From Oopsacas minuta (taxonomy: Eukaryota; Animalia; Porifera), in NCBI GenBank assembly GCA_024704765.1, contig JAKMXF010000207.1:1-5082 (forward strand): a stretch of DNA of 5,082 bases, written 5' to 3'. Each line of letters starts with the position of its first letter. The first letter of the stretch is position 1. Shown here one piece after another: positions 1 to 5,082 of this stretch. The position numbers were made by a program, and so were the translations under genes. The notes beneath the pieces were generated by a model. It searched no databases. It was not told where the DNA came from and worked only from the letters and a program-made list of their open reading frames with translations.

Positions 1-430
1 GTTTCTTGGTCCGATCGTGTTCCTAACTCCGATCGAGATTGCCAGAGGCAGCATGGTGGCTTGTTGTGGAGAGGTAATTAGATAAGAGTTTTTATTATTG
101 TAATACGTACATATATATTATACGACATTGTAGCAACATATTACAAAGGGGTTGCTACATTTTCGTAGAAACATATGGTGCTATAAAATTGATATGTACA
201 CATATAGCAAATTGAATAATCCAGTAATAATAATTTCACAATTATTGTATTCCCAAAATTTTAATCTGCATTTACTATCAGCAAATGAGGTGTGTTGCCT
301 ATCACAAATTTGTGCATGCTTACAGATTACTAAAATTTTGGAATGTTAATATTTAAACATAACAAATTTAATTCTATCTTCTTTCAAATTTACGCTTTAC
401 TTCCCTCAAATCATCAGAACACCACTGAGA

Positions 431-907
431 CTTTGAAAATCTCGTGCCCCGGTGTATGACCCCGCTGGTAAAATCGTAGCCTGGGGCATGTCCCTTTGGC
501 TCAAATTGAAAGCTTTAAAATCTCGGCTCGCATTATACCCTCATATATTATGCAATCTCATCCTAATGTCCTCCGAGCTACATCATTACTCCAAGGAACC
601 AGAAAAATCTCAACATTCAGGGCAATTGCAAACCAAACGTTATTTCTTGAGATGGGGTTCGCTCCTGGACCTTTCTGATTGTTTACAGGGCCCATAGACC
701 CACCATCATCTAGAACTTGTTGCTCACTAGATCGAATTGGTGCTTCCCAAAATTCAAGGCCACACGACGCCACCGCCCAGTAGGATAGTTATACCCAACT
801 AGAAATTTATAGATCCGCCACTTGGAATGCCTCCAGCTAAAGAGTGAAAACATCTTGCCCCTTGTTCTGCCCCCCACCCTAGGTAAAAAATCCTGGCGAT
901 GTCCGTG
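431..907. repeat. GC-richer, probably transposon-derived non-coding block
   Basis: GC is visibly higher than in the flanks. A recurring (G)AAAATCTC motif occurs at 431-444, 513-525 and 602-611. The block ends in a C-run followed by AAAAAATCCTGGCGATGTCCGTG (885-907), which resembles, from memory, termini of GC-tipped non-autonomous elements in invertebrate genomes. No matching left TIR or TSD was found. Confidence 0.3.
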
Positions 908-1315
908 GATCAGATTGTAAAGAATGTGGGAATTGATAGGTTTATTCTTACTATCAGTATTTTCTTAACCCATTTTCCTGGAAACAAATATGTAAGAAAA
1001 ACAGGATTAAATTATATAATTATTGATCGCTATTAAGATAGTCATTCAATATTAAATATCGTCTATGAGGCAATTATTCGTTAGGATGCATGTAGGTACA
1101 GGTACCGATATACAGGGGTGTCGCTGTAGTAAACCGGCATAAATATATATATTTTATCCAGGAAAGTGTAATTAGATAACGCATGGTAAGAATATACCAA
1201 TGGAAATGAATCCAAATCCTACATTCTTTATGATCTGAGCAAGAAAATATAATTAGCATCCAGGTGTCGACTGTAATCTTAAGTAAATTTTTGCCTTTTC
1301 TTCTTTGTTATTCAC

Positions 1316-1340
1316 TAAACTTCTTAAACTTCTTAAACTT
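1316..1340. repeat. 9-bp tandem repeat (TAAACTTCT)x2.8
   Basis: TAAACTTCT TAAACTTCT TAAACTT read directly. Confidence 0.85.
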
Positions 1341-1480
1341 GAACTCAGCAAAACATTTGAGGCAAATTTACAGATATACGTATATCTAGTCTGGAGCAGA
1401 CTTAAATTTACAAATGCATATTGTTATTGTGTCTTAATAATACTGTAATTGTATTGCCGAAAGACGCTAATATCGATATT

Positions 1481-1511
1481 TCTGAATCTAATCTGAATCT
1501 AATTTGAATTT
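1481..1511. repeat. 11-bp tandem repeat (TCTGAATCTAA)x2 plus a degenerate partial copy
   Basis: TCTGAATCTAA TCTGAATCTAA TTTGAATTT read directly. Confidence 0.85.
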
Positions 1512-1796
1512 TGTTAGGTTATTAGGCACCAAAACTAAGAATAAATTAAAGTTTAAACCAAGGTAATTATCTAACTATAGGGTAGGTCTAGTAGTTATTT
1601 GTTATAATACTGAAAATATTAATATATTTGGTAATACAATTTCTATAACCGAAGGACTTGCCTAGCCCGACTCAATCCCATTAATAATCTACAATAATTG
1701 TGTTAATAAGTAAGCAAATAGCTAGAGAATTTCGTCAATAAATTTCTTATGGATATTGCTATTTAGCTTTAAAGAAGGGTTTAAACGAGTGCATAA

Positions 1797-1824
1797 CACT
1801 AATGAGATATCACTAATGAGATAT
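1797..1824. repeat. 14-bp perfect tandem duplication (CACTAATGAGATAT)x2
   Basis: Exact copies at 1797-1810 and 1811-1824. Confidence 0.9.
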
Positions 1825-1945
1825 ACCTAATCTACCGAATAAGAGAAAATGGAATGAAGAGCTGTATTAAAAGAATTCTCAATCAGATGCTATCCAAATG
1901 GAATATAATGAAATCTCCCCTCAGCCTAAGTTGGTTACAGAAAAC

Positions 1946-2093
1946 CAAGGTTGCAACCGGATAGTTTAATATTCGGTTGGCCCCAAACCAGATATTATCA
2001 GTCGTATTCGGTTGATTTAACCGAATATTATCAGTATTCGGTTAAGCTACTATTCATGGATACTGATATTCGGTTCAAGCGGTTTCAACCTCG
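1946..2093. mobile_element. 148-bp MITE, hAT-like (14-bp imperfect TIRs, approximately 8-bp TSD)
   Basis: The left end CAAGGTTGCAACCG (1946-1959) matches the reverse complement of the right end, CGAGGTTGAAACCG (2080-2093), at 12/14. The flanks are CAGAAAAC (1938-1945) and CAGAAACA (2094-2101), a near-identical direct repeat. Internal TATTCGGTT occurs at 1970, 2005, 2035 and 2067, with the inverted AACCGAATA at 2019. 8-bp TSDs and CAGGG/TAGGG-like termini are characteristic of hAT elements. Confidence 0.7.
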
Positions 2094-2321
2094 CAGAAAC
2101 ACAAATGATATGACCAAACTTGAAATATTTCTGTTACGAGTCTATGCAAATCACCTATTGTATGGGGAATATGTTTGGAAGTTATTTTGCTCTTATTTGG
2201 CCTATCGGGTTATTTCAGTCTTATTGTTGTAAAGAATTACTACTTCGTATGGCTGATACAGGAAAGATCATGAAAATGCATTAAACAATAATCAAACTAC
2301 ATTTTCGCTGTCCTCTCCGTG

Positions 2322-2623
2322 TTAGTATCAGAAGGAGGAAGCATTTTTAGTGTTGGAGAGAGACAGCTATTGTGTCTAGCTAGTGCCAATTTAAAACTCA
2401 CAAGAATAGTAGTTATGGATGAAGCTACCTCAAATATGGACACTAACTGATACCACGATTCAAAAGCTATTCCACACCACTTTTGTTCACTGTACAGTCC
2501 TCAACATCACACATCGCATGAATACTATGATGGGCTATGAATCCTGGTGAGGATGGAAATATACTGGAGTTTGACACACCACTCAATCTATTCACTAACC
2601 AACCAGCAGATGTTCCCAATTAG
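2322..2623 (+). pseudogene. ABCC/MRP-family ABC transporter remnant (C-terminal nucleotide-binding domain), frameshifted
   Basis: 2322-2447 reads [42 protein letters not shown], then TGA (2448-2450). This contains the ABC signature FSVGERQ (2346-2366), Walker B IVVMDE (2406-2423) and D-loop ATSNMD. After a frameshift, 2446-2538 reads [31 protein letters not shown] (H-loop ITHR, 2506-2517). After two further shifts near 2540 and 2548, 2549-2623 reads EDGNILEFDTPLNLFTNQPADVPN*. Motif order and spacing match ABCC NBD2 (FSVGQRQLxCLARA...DEATxxVD..TD..IQ..I...F..CTVLTIAHRLxT...D.I.V...G.I.EFD.P..L). Confidence 0.85.
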
Positions 2624-2677
2624 CAGGGATATTTAATCATTCACATATTATTTAGATTAGTTAGATTCATAAGCTCC

Positions 2678-2740
2678 ATACTCTTATCTTTATCTACTTA
2701 TTTATTCTCTTATTACTTTATTATCTTTTACCTCTTCCAA
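2678..2740. repeat. Low-complexity T/C/A tract (CTT/TTA/TAT-rich, essentially lacking G on the + strand)
   Basis: Sequence such as CTCTTATCTTTATCTACTTATTTATTCTCTTATTACTTTATTATCTTTTACCTCTTCC. Confidence 0.6.
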
Positions 2741-3229
2741 TAATAATTGAATTTACTTTTAATTGGTAGTTCAGAAAGTGGCTAATTATCTCAAAATAGG
2801 TCTCTGGGTTACATATTAGGGTAATTACTAGAGCTATGGGCTCAGCATTTTCTTGGATTAATTACTAAATTAATTATTATCGCTTAGATAGCCTTCTATG
2901 TTGTTTAGGGCCTCTTAACTTGCTTCTTGAAACTGTGGGGAGAGAAATTTAACAAAAATACTTGTACAGTCACAGAATAGAAAATACTTATGAATTGAAA
3001 ACAAATATTATTTGTTGGATGAGTAGGATAAATGGGAAATATTATGACTATCATGCCATGTCCTGCCTTAAGATCATATGTAGTATCCACACTACAAATA
3101 ATGTTAATGATCCTTACAGTTAATCAGCCTTTTTAATTGGTGTTTTTCAGGAATTAGATCTCCATCTATATGAATAATTCCAGGAATAACGAAACTCAGA
3201 AGTAGATCTCTTGCCCGCCCTAAAGTTAA

Positions 3230-3371
3230 CAGTCACTCTCGTTATATCGAAGTCTGATATTGTATGAGTAATTGAGTATGATATCAAATCGCCAAAGTAA
3301 CATAAAATTCATCGGTTATATCGAAATAATTACCGCGGTCCATTGAGCTTCGATATAACGTGAGTTGGTTG
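3230..3371. mobile_element. Approximately 140-bp MITE, Tc1/mariner (pogo/Tigger)-like, degenerate termini
   Basis: ACTCTCGTTATATCGAAG (3235-3252) matches the reverse complement of CTTCGATATAACGTGAGT (3348-3365) at 17/18. The left end starts CAGTC (3230). A third internal GTTATATCGAA lies at 3315-3325, and GGTCC precedes the right TIR. The expected TA TSD is not intact (AA on the left, GA on the right), so the exact ends are approximate. Confidence 0.7.
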
Positions 3372-3651
3372 GATATACATGTCATTAAAATTCACCAATT
3401 TAAGTTTTCTAATATAAAACACAATAATTGACCCTCTCCTTTAGCCCCTCAATTAACCTAAAACAAGATAAGTGCGGATTGTAATGATACATAGAATCAT
3501 ACAAAGCAATCTCTCAATAGAAATGCTATCTAATGTGCTGTTGTTATCTAAATGTAAGCATTATATAAAGTGTGATGTGTAATAGAGTAATGGGAAAAAG
3601 TAAACTAACAGTCGTGACGTAACAAGCAACAACTCTAACTATATTATAAGA

Positions 3652-4764
3652 TTAGGAATTTGAGGTTAGAAGCTGCTGAATGAATGGGGAAAGAGTGAGA
3701 TGAGAATTCTTGGCTACTTCCATGAACTTATTAGAGCTGTATTTAGCATACACAGCCTGTTGACCAGATTTACACATTCCATTAACCAGCTGAGCGAACC
3801 CCTTCATCACAGGAATCAGCTGATCTTGAGAGTACCCCGAATAATGCTGTAGTGTCTTATTCCATCCTGTAGGTTCTTTCTTGTTGTCTCTCGGGAGAAT
3901 GTTAGCAGTCAGACACAGAGCTCCAGCGGCTAGCTCGCTGGAAGGGAAGACTAAGCTCATTATCTGGGGCTGGGCTAGCTCCATCAGGAACTTAGACATC
4001 ACGTGCATTTCTGGAGTTACCTCTCCAGCTTTAGAGTATCTACGTAGGAAGTGGAGACAGAGAGGAATACCCAGACAGTAGTCTAGTGTGAAGAACAGAT
4101 CTTTCTCCATATCTCTGATCTCCTCACCAGTGTAAGCAGAATCAGTAATGTACACAAAGTCTCTTACTTCAGGTGTGTAGATCTCCTCGTACTTTGCTGC
4201 TAGCAGCATAGCACTCACTCCCACCAGTTGTAGTTTGTTCTTCTTAACCTGCTTAAACATCAAGTACCTGTCTATTATCCACACGGTCAGAAACAGAGTC
4301 TCTTGATACAGCTTGAAGCGGTGGTGCACTTGTACCAGCCAGTCGATCAGGATGCTACGCATCTTAGGCTTTATCTCGCTTTGATTTTCAAAGTAGTCAT
4401 TAGTTCTAACACGAGACTCCAGCTTGTACAGATATTCGTAAGTGGATTTGACATACTCTGAGTTGAGGAGAGGGTTGTCACTGTCATCTTTGTCAATATC
4501 AGGGATCTTCTCCCGGAGAGCTGTTACCTGACCGGCGGGACAGGTCTGCTCTAGGTTTATGGGGATAACATCGAGGCGAGGAATCTTCATAGGCTTCTGT
4601 GTATCTCTCTCTGTTTTCTGTCGGAGAGAAACTTGAGTGAGATTTAGGAGAGCAGGGCGGGAAGTGACAGATTGGGGAATTCGAGATACTTTTGTGGGCA
4701 TAACTTTAGCAGTTACCTGTTGCTTCTGATGTTGTGGCTGAGATGATGGTATCACGTTCTCCAT
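3652..4764 (-). CDS. CCNB: G2/mitotic B-type cyclin (cyclin B1/B2-like), single uninterrupted ORF, 370 aa
   Basis: ATG at 4764-4762 is preceded directly by an in-frame TGA, and the stop TAA is at 3654-3652. Cyclin box motifs: MRSILIDWLVQVH (MRAIL helix, M135 at 4362), ETLFLTV, LQLVGVSAMLLAAKYEEIYTPEVRDFVYITDSAY. B-type-like segments: DIDKDDSDNPLLNSEYVKSTYEYL, PLCLHFLRRYSKAG, KFLMEL, HYSGYS and C-terminal AVYAKYSSNKF. D-box-like RPALLNLTQ at aa 36-44. GC is visibly higher than in the flanks. Confidence 0.95.
   Translation of the reverse strand: MENVIPSSQPQHQKQQVTAKVMPTKVSRIPQSVTSRPALLNLTQVSLRQKTERDTQKPMKIPRLDVIPINLEQTCPAGQVTALREKIPDIDKDDSDNPLLNSEYVKSTYEYLYKLESRVRTNDYFENQSEIKPKMRSILIDWLVQVHHRFKLYQETLFLTVWIIDRYLMFKQVKKNKLQLVGVSAMLLAAKYEEIYTPEVRDFVYITDSAYTGEEIRDMEKDLFFTLDYCLGIPLCLHFLRRYSKAGEVTPEMHVMSKFLMELAQPQIMSLVFPSSELAAGALCLTANILPRDNKKEPTGWNKTLQHYSGYSQDQLIPVMKGFAQLVNGMCKSGQQAVYAKYSSNKFMEVAKNSHLTLSPFIQQLLTSNS
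4633..4659 (-). other. Destruction-box-like degron coding segment (RPALLNLTQ) in the cyclin N-terminus
   Basis: RxxL core at aa 36-39, similar in position to the APC/C D-box of animal cyclin B (RxALGxIxN type). The terminal N is replaced by Q and the G by L. Confidence 0.6.
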
Positions 4765-4953
4765 TCAAATGATTGGGTTACTGTTAGTATATGCTAATAT
4801 AATATAAAATAGGAATGATTAGGAAAATAGTGTTTTTGATAAATGAAAGTTGATAATTGAACACGAAATTTTGGCTGGCTATGTTAATTATCATAGATTG
4901 AGGTTAGATTTATTTCATCAAAAATTTAGCCTATTTTTTTGATGAGCTTTATA

Positions 4954-5082
4954 CAGTAAACATTGGATTTAACGACACTCGTGTGGGCAGGCAAAAAAGG
5001 TCGCTATATCCGATTTGTCGCTAAATCCGAGGAAGCTTTATATATGCATTATATACCGGATGACACCCAAATTTATTCGTGT
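4954..5082. mobile_element. Left part of a Tc1/mariner (pogo/Tigger)-like non-autonomous element, truncated by the window edge
   Basis: TA (4952-4953) is followed by CAGTAAACATTGGATTTAACGAC. Two tandem internal copies, GTCGCTATATCCGA (5000-5013) and GTCGCTAAATCCGA (5017-5030), are inverted relative to TTGGATTTAACGAC (4963-4976; 12/14 for the second copy). The right TIR is not in the window. Confidence 0.55.

Noticed and set aside
152-773. Short ORFs 152-349, 452-697, 496-678 and 558-773
   Set aside because: Each is 60-81 aa, several overlap each other, several have non-ATG starts, and none shows a recognisable domain.
1074-1259. 61-aa minus-strand ORF
   Set aside because: Composition is typical of translated AT-rich non-coding DNA, with no motif.
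1111-1275. TACAG...CTGTA mini-palindrome (1111-1128) and GGTGTCGACTGTA (1263-1275) resembling a Tc1/mariner right end
   Set aside because: No matching left TIR of convincing length was found, and the matches are too short.
1955-2075. CRISPR-like interpretation of the regularly spaced palindromic repeats
   Set aside because: The repeats are only 9 bp with a 30-35 bp period, the spacers resemble each other, there are no cas genes, the context is eukaryotic, and TIR/TSD explain it as a MITE.
1951-2232. 93-aa + strand ORF
   Set aside because: Begins at TTG inside the MITE TIR and reads through its repeats. No protein family is recognisable.
2905-3090. 61-aa minus-strand ORF
   Set aside because: No motif, and an F/I/S-rich composition expected from AT-rich DNA.
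3384-3419. CPE-like TTTTAAT (3390-3384) and TTTTAT (3419-3414) on the minus strand in the putative cyclin B 3' UTR
   Set aside because: Biologically plausible for cyclin B mRNAs, but such motifs are frequent in AT-rich DNA and no nearby AATAAA anchors the transcript end.
3881-4081. 66-aa + strand ORF
   Set aside because: Lies wholly antisense to the cyclin CDS with a non-ATG start and no recognisable motif. It is a shadow ORF.
3652-4764. Viral cyclin or horizontally acquired gene hypothesis
   Set aside because: The protein has a full B-type N-terminal arm and animal-like cyclin box, and no viral genes or integration signatures are visible. The flanks look like ordinary eukaryotic intergenic DNA.

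Overview
AT-rich eukaryotic, animal-like genomic DNA. The only intact gene is a single-exon B-type cyclin on the minus strand (3652-4764, 370 aa) with a D-box-like motif, MRAIL-type helix and both cyclin folds. Manual translation reveals a frameshifted ABCC/MRP-type ABC transporter remnant (second nucleotide-binding domain, about 2322-2623, + strand) that is absent from the ORF track. At least three small non-autonomous DNA-transposon-like elements are present. One is a 148-bp hAT-like MITE with a near-perfect 8-bp TSD and an internal array of palindromic units (1946-2093). The other two are Tc1/mariner-pogo-like MITEs on either side of the cyclin (about 3230-3371, and 4954 to the window end). 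There are also several short tandem duplications and a more weakly supported GC-richer repeat-like block (about 431-907). I found no convincing evidence of a new multi-gene system. The most useful observations are the hidden ABCC pseudogene, the MITE architecture, and the intronless, MITE-flanked cyclin B. All similarity judgements are by eye and from recalled family motifs, not database searches.
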